Of a DNA stretch of 64,000 bases, positions 25,924 to 36,372 are shown piece by piece. The DNA comes from Dimorphilus gyrociliatus (Eukaryota; Animalia; Annelida), in the NCBI GenBank assembly GCA_904063045.1, contig CAJFCJ010000015.1, positions 434,001-498,000 on the forward strand, read 5' to 3'. The notes under the pieces were generated by a model. It ran no database searches, was not told the origin of the DNA, and saw nothing but the letters and a program-made list of their open reading frames with translations. A program made the translations under genes and the position numbers. The first letter of the stretch is position 1, and every line of letters begins with the position of its first letter.

Positions 25924-28096
25924 TTAGACAGTAAAGCGTTGTATTTTCCTATCGAGTGTTAATTATTCAGCAGTTTTCCTTTATTGTATTACGATATTTC
26001 GATAAATTACGCCAATTACTTAATTAACTCGAGTAAACATACACAAATACAAAGGTTTGCAGATATAAATTAAACTACAAACGTCATCAGAAATACTACA
26101 AAATATCTATTTTATATACTTTGGCTGTATTATTCAAATGTCTATTAATTATATTCACAAAATACAACTAACTTCTTTCTATTTGTTTTTCTAATCCTTT
26201 ATTTATCTTTTTTCTCGAAAACTTTTTTTTATACAATAACATTTAAAAACAGAGAGTAATAAATTATCAAGCAATTGGCATAATGATAGATTAGTCTTTC
26301 TTTTAAAGATTAGCTATGGTGAACCTAACCCTAGATCTATGAATAATAATCATTAAAAGTAGACGAAAGGTAGCCGAAACTAGAAAAGGTTTTTTTTATA
26401 AAACTAAAGCAATTTTTCACTGAATCAAGGATATAAATGAATAGTATACAAATATTATGAATATAAGGGTCCTTGGCAAAGAAAAACAACTGGAATTGGC
26501 AATTTTATATTGATGGAAATTTTAAAAATGGCGTATCAAAAGATATTTAAATTCTTGCTTTTGAAAAAGGATTTGTGCAATATTGAAAAAGAATTCTGAA
26601 AGATTAAAAATCGCTATCGACTTAAAGAGAAAAGAAGTCTTTTTAGAAGAAAGATAAACAAATTGAAGAAAGATGCGATGAGGGTTACAAATAGGAAAAT
26701 TACAACAAACTGTGATTTAAATATCTCTTCTTATGTATGGAAAGGAAAGGGTTCATTGTACAGAAGCTGCTCTTTCAAACTTAATCTGAATGAAGCATGT
26801 AGTTCAGTCCAGAGAAACAGCGCTTAAGAAATAAGCGATTAACAGGTGGTAGAGGAGTAAGAAGCCAACCTAAAAAGGCGTTAAGCCAAGGATCTATCAG
26901 CAAGATAGTGTTACTTGCCCGTTAGGCCTAAATTATCATGAGAATTTTTTAAAAATAAGAAACAATATTTGATATCTTGCTCATCAGATTTACCCTCAAT
27001 TGAGAATGCCCAACATGTGTTACAAACTAATATCTACAATGACCCATATATTACAAATTAACACATTTCAACAGATAAATTAAGAGTTGCTTACCATCGC
27101 TTCATAACTCTCTCTGTTAAACAAAGAATTGAACTGCATTTAAAGAATTATCTAAAGTTAAATTAATATTTAAATAATGAACATAAAAAAACAAGTCATC
27201 AGTATAAAAAAGATACTTGTTACACAAACTAATCAAATTGTTTTGATCACACTAAATGAAAATACAAAGTATGAAAAGTTCCTTCAACCACTGTACAAAA
27301 TATATATATAAATTCATATCTTTTATAAAAACGATTTATGCATCTTTATTAGTGCAGAAGTTTGATTACTAAGGCTAAAGAGTGACATCAGATGCGAAAT
27401 ATTCCACATAGAACATCCGCTTTTCGTAGGTGTTAAATCCGATCAAGAAAAAGTTCACTGTTGCTAGTGAAATGTCGTATTCCATTCGGTTTAAATTTTT
27501 CTCCACTATAATTCCTCTGATTAATACTTCCGAATGAAATAGTATTTATATATTCTATTAGTATAGTATAAAAATAGTTCATAATCGGACTTAAAAAATA
27601 GTATCTATTAGACAACAGATGGCATTACTTCTTCTGGCTAACTGAAAAATAGCTTTCTATATCTATCTATATATTACATTATGAATAATACCTATATATT
27701 TATAACACAGTATTTATAGTTTTCTCCTACTAAATAGTTAATTAGTTAGTAATTTAAAGAACAAATATTAATTACGATGTTAAAAATTGCTATTCACAAT
27801 TGCACAATAATCAAGTTTTAAAAACAGTAATTAATTATTGGAAACCATTTGAAGTCTTTTTGAAAATCGTATTCATTAGAGTTTTTTAAGAAAATTTCTC
27901 AGTAAAAACTTTTTTCAACAGAATTAAAATAAATCGATTTAATAAGATTTTAATTTAAATTCTCAGGTGGTCGGGAATTAACGTTTCGTTAAATTAAGCA
28001 AACAACTTCATTAAATAGAGGAAAGCGGTTATTACTCTGTAATAAATAAAAAGGAAACGGAACCGCAAAAAATTAGATAGAGGAGATACAAACAGA

Positions 28097-28100
<4 letters not shown>

Positions 28101-28175
<75 letters not shown>
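28101..28175. repeat. (GT)n(GA)n compound microsatellite
   Basis: Read directly from the sequence. Confidence 0.95.
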
Positions 28176-28180
<5 letters not shown>

Positions 28181-28981
28181 AGAAAAAGTTTCTGAAAAAA
28201 TTTCTTCATTGATTGAGTGTTATAATTGAAAAACAAATGTTGTATAAGCTATTTTTATATTTCATTTGAAATGAGGAGTTGATGTATTAAATACCAATAA
28301 ATTGTAGCATAGATGATTACTGTGTTAATTTTTCATGCAATTAGTCTATTACGATATTGTACTATTGATTTTATTTCACTCGTCATAATTTTTTCATATG
28401 AATATATTTTCCTAGGTCTATATTACTTGTTTTAATTTGATGATTATATAACTATTACTGTATTAAACTCCCATTAAATGCTTATGATGCATATTCTCTA
28501 AATATATCCTTCCAAGCATCCCTTTTATCTTTGTTATCTTTTTTTAATATAAGTAATATAGTAGTATATCTTATTATTCAGATTAATGTAATAATTTTAA
28601 TAATACCTTTTTAAATAGAGAATTATTGAATTTTTAACAAGTTTTTTCAGTAATAACAACTGCAAATTCATCTTTCATGCAGAGTTGTCTCTTAAATGTT
28701 TCTTTCTCTTATTTTCTTGTTTATACTAATCAGAAATATTTATTTTTGAACAATTTGTGAATTTATTTTCTTAATTTTTTTATATACCTTCTTATTTAAG
28801 ATAACATACTTTATAAGTAAAATATTTAGGTTTTTACTTCTTTTATTAGATACACGACTGATAAAGTTTTATTTTGAAAACAAATGAAACGGGAAACAAA
28901 GAGAGAAAGACAAAAAAACACGAAAATTTTAATCCAGAATTCAGGCTAATAATGAATAATCATTATTAAGAAATAAATAAT

Positions 28982-28984
<3 letters not shown>

Positions 28985-29020
<36 letters not shown>
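28985..29020. repeat. (TA)n microsatellite
   Basis: Read directly from the sequence. Confidence 0.95.
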
Positions 29021-29023
<3 letters not shown>

Positions 29024-29257
29024 ATTATTTATATCTATATGTATATGTCTTTATTTACACTTATAACTTTCAGTCGCTGGTTTCTTTTTTTGTTATTGTG
29101 TTGATTATCGAAGAGCCACACATTTTTCCCTATAAATTTTTGTTGAAAGAAAATAATAATCAGATAATAGAAACACTGAAAATTATTTCTTTAAATAGAA
29201 AATACTTGCAAAGAAACAAGAATAAGAAGTTTCCTTTCAAGTTTACTTACTGGAAAT

Positions 29258-29571
29258 TTAATGCTTGCTTTCCACAGCTGCCATACATTTATGGTAATGA
29301 AGTGCTTGAAGCTTTAAAGAGTTATTATACAATTAGGGAAAAGTTTCCACTCTAATTATTATGGTTTATCTCAAACTTTACATACCATCATAGCTTGTTG
29401 AAGAGCAGCAAATGCTTCACGATCCCATTTTAAACATTGGTTCGATCCAGATCGTTTTCCACTTCCCCATTGACCAGGAAGACTAAAGGAAAATTGACCC
29501 TCAATTTCATTAATTTGGAAGGCCAAGAGAAGGCAAGCAAAAGCGATAAAGAATACACTGGAACGGTTCAT
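29258..29571 (-). CDS. GnRH/AKH-superfamily precursor A (predicted pQFSFSLPGQWGSamide), 79 aa, 2 coding exons
   Basis: Exons are 29386-29571 and 29258-29311, with a phase-0 intron at 29312-29385. The protein reads signal peptide MNRSSVFFIAFACLLLAFQINEIEG, then QFSFSLPGQWGS-GKR, then SGSNQCLKWDREAFAALQQAMM/LQALHYHKCMAAVESKH*. A single pGlu-type peptide right after the signal, with F, W and GKR, is the GnRH/AKH/corazonin layout. It is close to the recalled annelid pQFSFSLPGKWGNamide. A 5'UTR intron lies at 29602-29672. Confidence 0.92.
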
Positions 29572-29718
29572 TTTTTTATTTAGAAGTTTTAAAATCTGCT
29601 ACTGAAAAGAAAAGAAAAATATTAAAGATTAGTCTTTTAAAATATATCAAAAATACTTTGAGATATATATACCTAGATCTTTCTTTCCGAAATGGTACGG
29701 ATTAAGGGAAACGAAGCG

Positions 29719-29726
29719 TTTATATA
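29719..29726 (-). promoter_or_regulatory. TATA box of GnRH/AKH-like gene A
   Basis: TATATAAA lies ~45 bp upstream of the 5'UTR donor at 29672. Confidence 0.55.
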
Positions 29727-30556
29727 CATACTGTTTGAATAATAATGAGCTTAATTACGCTCCCTCGCGTGAGATGAGTGTCTGTTTTGTAGATTAAATC
29801 TGCTAAATTTTAGAGTTCAATATCTGCTTACAAAGCAAAAATTTTGGAGCTTAACAGACTAATTATAAAAAACGAAAAAGTAATAAAAAGATAAAGTAAC
29901 CAAACTTTAATTGAGAGAAAGAAAGTTAGATAAAACAAAGAGAACGATTGATTATTCAGTTCAGTTACAAATTAGTATAAAGTAGTCTTTTCTTACTGTT
30001 TAATTAAATTAACTTATTAATAATACTATTCGTATTCTTTATTTTAAATTAATAATGAATAATTCATCTATTGTATAATTGAAGGTTGTGTTTCAAATAT
30101 CAAAATTCATGGAAAAACATACTTCAAAGTTTTAAATAAAACTACTAATAAATATGTTGAAAGTACAATTACTACCAAAAAGAATAATGTTATTATTTAA
30201 AGCGTTTTCCTCGCTGACAAAAATCGAGGGGAAAAAAGAGACATTCCGCTGTCAATTAGAATTTATAATTTATATACAGGATATTCCGGATAGGATACAC
30301 ATCTACAACACATTGAATTTAAGACAATTTAATTATATTCCTTATTTTTCTATCTAACAAGTTATAATTGACTATTATTATAAATTTTTTATTTTTAATC
30401 TTATAACAAACTTGATAGAAAAAATGAAAATTGATACTACGCCATCTCTATAAAATATTCCATCTCTTTAGTATTCAAAAGCAATAGAATATATAACTTT
30501 ATAGTACGAAGAGTTAAAGCTGATATTTTTCTATATATTTTTATATCGTCTTAAAA

Positions 30557-32581
30557 CTAACCTTTATCAAAACTTTTACAAATATCTTCTAAAGTTTTAT
30601 ATCTAGTTTTATCTGGTCCAGGTAATCTTCTTGTTAGACTATTTGAACAAGTCTCCTGTACTATATATACAAAATACCATCGTGGATGGTTATAAGGAAC
30701 CCAAATATAATTAGAAGTGCCTGATACAGATCTACAATCTGCTACGTAGCCAATACCTTGATTAACGCTTGAAGGATATGTATAAATCATATGTTCTGCA
30801 TTGGCAAAACGTTTTTGTGAACAATCTATTAGATTTAACTTCTTAAAAGTAAATTTGCCACTCTGTAACAATTTTGTAAAACCTGAATCACTTCCCTCTT
30901 CGTTTCGTAACTCTATTATCGAATTAAAATGTATTCTTGATATTCTATTTGTAAAAAATTTAATATTCACTCTTCTCCATCGAAATATCGTTATATCCTT
31001 TCTACTAGTTTCTAAACTTGGTGTTATAGTAAAAAGTGGTATACGTCTAAAATAAGGTTTAAACTTTATAGGACAGTGACTAAAATCCACTATATTATCA
31101 AAATCTATATAGTTAACTGAACCGTTTTCGTCGTGAAAGTTGAAATCTTTTCTAGGTATAATTTCCGTTCTATAGACAATACTAACGAAATTAGCCCTAT
31201 ATGGAGAAATATTTATAGTAAATAGCTTAATAAATTTAAAGCAAATTAAAAATAGTTTTAGATAATTAGTACAGTATTTTTCTATAAAGAGGATGATATT
31301 AACTTATTAATATTATTCTTCTTTACTCCTTCATTAATTTTTCAAGGCTGAAATAGTTACTATCAGCTATTATTATGTCCAAAAATATCAGCCTATAATC
31401 TAATTTACTAAATATACTATACGTTCCGCTCTATTTAAGTCGTTTTCTTACCTAAATCCGCAAGGTAAGAAAAAGCTTCCATCATTTAAAATCATAGCGT
31501 TTATTGATTTATTCTCCAAATTATCATAGTCCGCCATTTGTCCCTCTAAAATAAATTTACCATATCTACATTTATTTATGATGTTTAGACGTCCGTGAAT
31601 TGGTACTTTTATAACTTTTTCCATTGGTCTTTTATTATTGCATTCAATAACTAGCGTTCCCCTTGACGACACATTTCCTAATTCAGTGCAATTAGACGCC
31701 TTAGTTTTACTGGATATATTATCCCTCTTTTGTAATTTCTTTTGTTTTTAATGGACAAACACAAAAAATTAATTGCATAAATCAGATAGGGAAAACTTAT
31801 TTAATCTATAAAAACAATGATAATTACTATTGCCTTTAAAAAATCATTATATGAATTGTAATTGTTCGAATAAGCGGATTTTGCTGTACTCCAGTTTTTA
31901 ATTTTCTCAGCTTTTGTGTTAAACTCATTTGTCAATGGGAAAGAAGAATTACAAAAAATTCTACTTTCCTTCTTCGCCGCATCAACACAATAACACGCAA
32001 ATCTAGCCTCAACAGGCTCAAAAAAAGAGGCGCGTTTTGGAGACATTTCTTCAATCTTTGCGTTGATCGACGGTCCTGCTTTAAACTTAATGAAAGGGCT
32101 AATAGGCAATCTAAAAAGGGATAACAATTCAAATAAGCACTCTTACTATTCATATTTAAATTTGGTAAATTACCCATATTCTTTAAGATCAACCAACCTC
32201 CAGTCGAAACTCGAATGAACAATGTTATCTGTAATCAATTTACATAGGAAAATAAGCCACAAATATTCAGTCCTAATCATTTTAGTATATCATCTATTAA
32301 GAATATTTCAACTAATTAAATATTTGAATTGAATAATACTATATAGTATTTTTCCATTCAAAATATGTTAATCAAACATAATGATATTATAAACACTAGA
32401 TGGAAGAAGCGTGAAAAAGTAAAAAAAGAAAAACGATGTATGCGACATCTGTCAGTTATGAGATTCCTTAAAACAAATTCAAATGTACATATATTTTAAC
32501 CCTCTTCCTTTACGTTCAAGATGTTAAATCTTAATAAAAATATGGCAGTATGATGTGCACCATATAGAAATAGAATTGCCT
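30557..32581 (-). CDS. Uncharacterised multi-exon protein (about 408 aa or more, 5' end not found)
   Basis: Phase-compatible exons are 32501-32581, 32174-32228, 31828-32110, 31452-31738 (AAG acceptor, less certain) and 30557-31079. They join three long ORF-track segments. I recognise no family. Confidence 0.65.
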
Positions 32582-32960
32582 CTAACACAAACTTTAACCT
32601 TTCGCTTTAATGTTGATAAAACTACTTCCAGTTACAAATACGTCAACCCATTAACATTCATTAATAATTATAATAAAAAGTACTTAAACATAAACCAAAA
32701 GTGATAAATTAGATTTTAAAAATACACTGTAATATACTGTATATTTAGCTCTAATCAAAATTTAATGTATTTCTATTAGTTGGACTTGTAAGATAGATTC
32801 TTGAAGTTTTTAGCTGAGATTTCCTTTTTTCTTCGTTAGCAAAGATATTCTATATAAACTATATATATAAAGTAATCTTCATAAAAATTGGAACATCTCA
32901 AATTTTGAATAGGCCAACATAATAAAAATCTTTTTCACTAAGAAAAAAGATTTTTTTTTA

Positions 32961-33313
32961 ATTTTTTTCCACAATTCATCCTCAGATTCGAATTGTAGAC
33001 CGTCATATACCAGGTTTTTGGTGAGGTGCCATATGTTCTCAATTGGGCTGAGATCTGGACTCTTTGCTGGTCAATCAAGAGGGTGGATACCTTTCATCTG
33101 AAAGGTTCTTTTAGTCGTCCTGGCAGTATGACACCCAGCGTTATCTTGCTGAAAGTCGTACTTCCTCCCCACTTTTTCCTCAATCTATTCAATAACAGGG
33201 AGAACATCTTCCACAATGGGTGCCATTCCTAAAGCTCTTGCTGTGGCCCGTAGTTTTCCTAATTCATTGTATTTCTTGAATACAAGCTCCCTAATGTCTT
33301 CACTCCATGTCAT
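32961..33313 (-). mobile_element. Decayed, internally deleted Tc1-type (DD34E) transposase
   Basis: It reads MTWSEDIRELVFKKYNELGKLRATARALGMAP-IVEDVLPVIE*IEEKVGRKYDFQQDNAGCHTAR...LD*PAKSPDLSPIENIWHL. The QQDNA..H and (W)P..SPDL.PIEN.W motifs are present, with 34 residues between D and E. Stops fall at 33185-33187 and 33071-33073 (the conserved W, TGG>TGA). I did not find terminal inverted repeats. Confidence 0.9.
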
Positions 33314-33698
33314 ATTTAAATAAATACAATAAAAATAAACTAATATAATTAAAATTAACAATTAATTGATAAACTTGGCTTAGTAAATGAAACAAGTTGA
33401 AAAAAATGTTTTTTAAGACGTCTATTTGAATGCCAAACCGGAAGTCAAGTGAGTGTTCCAATAATTATGAAGTGCGACCAAATAAAGAAAAAATTGATGA
33501 AAATTACCAAAAATATTTTGCTTGTAATATTGATATTATCATTTCCTCAATTTTTTTTAATATTATGTAAATATAGCGCTTTTTTTATATAAATTTAGAC
33601 CAAAAAAAATTCTTTGCAGCGAACAAACAATTTTAAGGGTTAATTAAAAGTTGGCCCATCAAAATTTACCGTGTCACAATTTTTATGAAGTTTACTAT

Positions 33699-33710
33699 AT
33701 ATATATAAAG

Positions 33711-33739
<29 letters not shown>
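33699..33739. repeat. (TA)n microsatellite
   Basis: Read directly from the sequence. Confidence 0.9.
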
Positions 33740-33742
<3 letters not shown>

Positions 33743-34150
33743 GTATATACTATTTATAGATACATAGCTAAAGAGCGAGAGAGAGAAAGAGAAAGACAGA
33801 TCTTAAAAAATCAAAGCAGTTAAGTAATGTGGAAATAAATTACCTATAAGAGGAGCAGATGTTACTCAGTAATCAATAGTAAAAATATGTCAAATTTCAA
33901 AATAAAAGGGAAATTAAAAAAGATATTCTCATAATTTAATTTCCTTTTTTTATTGTTTTTTTCGTTTATTATTTGAAATGTCAAATCTTTAATTATAAAA
34001 TTAAATAGACAATGAATACTATTGAAATTTATTAGTTGTCTTCCAACGGAATATCTTCAAAAGAAAAACAAATTCATTAATGTTTAAGTTTGACAAATTA
34101 TTTCTCTTTAGAGCTATAGACTTTCACTCATTAACTAGCCTGTAATACTT

Positions 34151-34156
34151 TATAAA
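34151..34156 (+). promoter_or_regulatory. TATA box of GnRH/AKH-like gene B
   Basis: TATAAA lies 65 bp upstream of the ATG at 34222. Confidence 0.5.
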
Positions 34157-34221
34157 CAGACAAGAAATTACAAACCAACCAATCTCCGATTTGCAGTCGT
34201 CTCGAACGTTGATTTAAAAGA

Positions 34222-34522
34222 ATGAAACCGATAAAGTTTGCTATTTTATCAATTCTTGTGTTATTATTATCTAATGCTGAAGGACAACTAACTCAAACCC
34301 TAGGATGGGGCAGTGCTGGTTCTCCTGGCAAGAGAAATGGATTGTCTTCCTTCTGTAAAGATTCATTTCACAAAGTTCAATTTCTTATCTCCGCTTATCA
34401 GGTAAAAAGAGAAAAAATTTTATATTTGAAAGCAACTTTTCATAGATTTCTTCTCCCTAAAATTTTTATAGAAAGAAGTCTGGAAATTAAAAAGCTGTAG
34501 ATGGACGAATGATATGAAATAA
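34222..34522 (+). CDS. GnRH/AKH-superfamily precursor B (predicted pQLTQTLGWGSAGSPamide), 76 aa, 2 exons
   Basis: Exons are 34222-34401 and 34472-34522, with a phase-0 70-bp intron. The protein reads signal peptide MKPIKFAILSILVLLLSNAEG, then QLTQTLGWGSAGSP-GKR, then NGLSSFCKDSFHKVQFLISAYQ/KEVWKLKSCRWTNDMK*. AATAAA lies at 34587-34592. Confidence 0.9.
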
Positions 34523-35090
34523 TGTTATGTAAAGAAAGAAAATCAAGAATTAAAAACCATTAAATCAAAACCAAACAAAAATACTTAATAAAGCAGACAC
34601 ACAAAGGAAAATGAAACCTGGATAGAACTTTTCAAATTGTTTTCCTTACTGTTTATTTATCGTTTATTTGATTTCAAATGAAAATTTAATAAAAGTGCAT
34701 TTTCATGTTGTAAATTTGTCTATCTATCGATATGCTAAATTTAATTGTTTTATGATATTCAACTGTTTGAAGGCGTATATTTCGAGACATAGAACTGATG
34801 GATAATTAAATATTCGTAGTTATTTCTTGTTTTCATAAATCCAATTGAATAATATATCATCTCCAGTTTCTCTTTAACCTGGAAAAATTTCATTAATGAA
34901 AGTTATTGAATAGGTTACTAGGAAAAATTTCTATCTAGAGAAACTCATTTAGCAATTGATTTAAAATCAAGATAAGCTCGTAAAAAGCAACTTTGTATTT
35001 AATTTGTTAAGTATCACCATAGATATAATACTTGTAAATATAATAATCTTCATTATAATTTCCATCGTTATAGCCTTCTCGTTGTGTTTC

Positions 35091-35957
35091 TTATTCGAAT
35101 TGGAATTGAAAATTTGTCGTTTCGTAAAGTTCTTTGCATCTTTTGTCTATCAAACTCGACTGATCATCATTCAACACATTCCGCCAATCTCCTACAATTC
35201 CTTTCCTCATAAATGGACTGACGTTACAATCAAAACTATCAATCATTGTATAATTTGTTGCCGCATTTGACTTCATAGCTTCAAAAGTTGTATTGTTTGC
35301 TATTTCTTTTATCAGGTCATCATTCAAATCAATTTCAAGAAATTTTGAAACAAGCTTGACGCATCGTTGTAAATCTCTTTTCATCTCTTCATAATGCATA
35401 AATAGTATCTTAGGATGGTCTTTAAATTTCCACCAATTAGCGATGAAATCTAATGGATCACCGTAAGGTAGCTTCCTCTGTATAAAAGTCTCAAAAAGCT
35501 CCTCAAATGATCCATCAAAATTTCCCATCGTTTTATTCATTTGAATAAAGCTATATAAGCTAACCAACAGATCTTTAGGATTTCTTACAACTACGATAAA
35601 TTTTGCTCCAGAATTGAAGTGTTTTTCAAAGAAATAAGAAGGTAAATGAGTTTTCATTAGCCTTGGTGGTTCTTTGGGTAAATTCTCATAATTATTTCCG
35701 TTTACATCTATTTCAATATAAGGAATTGCATTATAAATCTCTATCTTTTTTGCTGCATCAATATCTTTAAAATTCATAATTAACCAAACAATTTCTTGCA
35801 TCCAGGTAGTACCGGATTTCATAAAAGTCGAAATTAAAACATCACCCTCGCCCATTTGGAAGTTGTACATAATTTTTCGTAGACTGGAAGCCGGAACAAA
35901 ACCTGGATAGATAACATTATCCTCCCATACATAGTCATCTGGAGCTCTATAACTCAT
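35091..35957 (-). CDS. Cytosolic sulfotransferase (Sulfotransfer_1), 288 aa, intronless
   Basis: It carries the PAPS-binding loop TFMKSGTTW, the catalytic KTHLP, the 3'-phosphate-binding RNPKDLLVSLY and the C-terminal RKGIVGDW. Confidence 0.95.
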   Translation of the reverse strand: MSYRAPDDYVWEDNVIYPGFVPASSLRKIMYNFQMGEGDVLISTFMKSGTTWMQEIVWLIMNFKDIDAAKKIEIYNAIPYIEIDVNGNNYENLPKEPPRLMKTHLPSYFFEKHFNSGAKFIVVVRNPKDLLVSLYSFIQMNKTMGNFDGSFEELFETFIQRKLPYGDPLDFIANWWKFKDHPKILFMHYEEMKRDLQRCVKLVSKFLEIDLNDDLIKEIANNTTFEAMKSNAATNYTMIDSFDCNVSPFMRKGIVGDWRNVLNDDQSSLIDKRCKELYETTNFQFQFE

Positions 35958-36372
35958 TTCTCTCTTTTAAAGTACTGTTTCTTAACGAAATTTGTAATTT
36001 GAATGAACAAAAGTTCTAAAAAACAAAATAGGCCTTCGAGCCAGTATATGCTTTCTTCAATCTATAGTTAACGCATATGGGATACATTTCACAGTGGAAA
36101 ACTACTATAAAAACTGTAAGCTGTTTTATCTCTTTACTGAAAGTTGAAGATTTGTTTGTTAAACAATCGTAAAAAGAAAACAATACAAAGGTAAAGTATA
36201 AATTTTTCAAATACAACAATACAGGAGAAAATTTCAATTTCTTATCTTTCAGTAGTCTCTTCAAAGCGTTTTCTTCTTCAAAACACAAATTGATCATGTT
36301 AGAAAATATAAAACCTCCTTAGTCAAATGAACAGTGTTGTCAATCAAATATCTTTCTATTTAAGATCAGGAC

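Noticed and set aside
26460-26830. Lys-rich plus frame with one internal stop, possibly a decayed element
   Set aside because: It has no transposase or reverse transcriptase motif, and A-rich composition explains the frame.
26993-27032. CNTCWAFS resembling the papain CGSCWAFS active site
   Set aside because: The preceding QG.C context is missing and I found no other cathepsin exons (His, NSWG). It is kept only as an unassigned exon-like piece.
32723-32741. CACTGTA as a Tc1 terminal repeat end for the nearby transposase remnant
   Set aside because: It has the wrong orientation for that end and I found no partner repeat.
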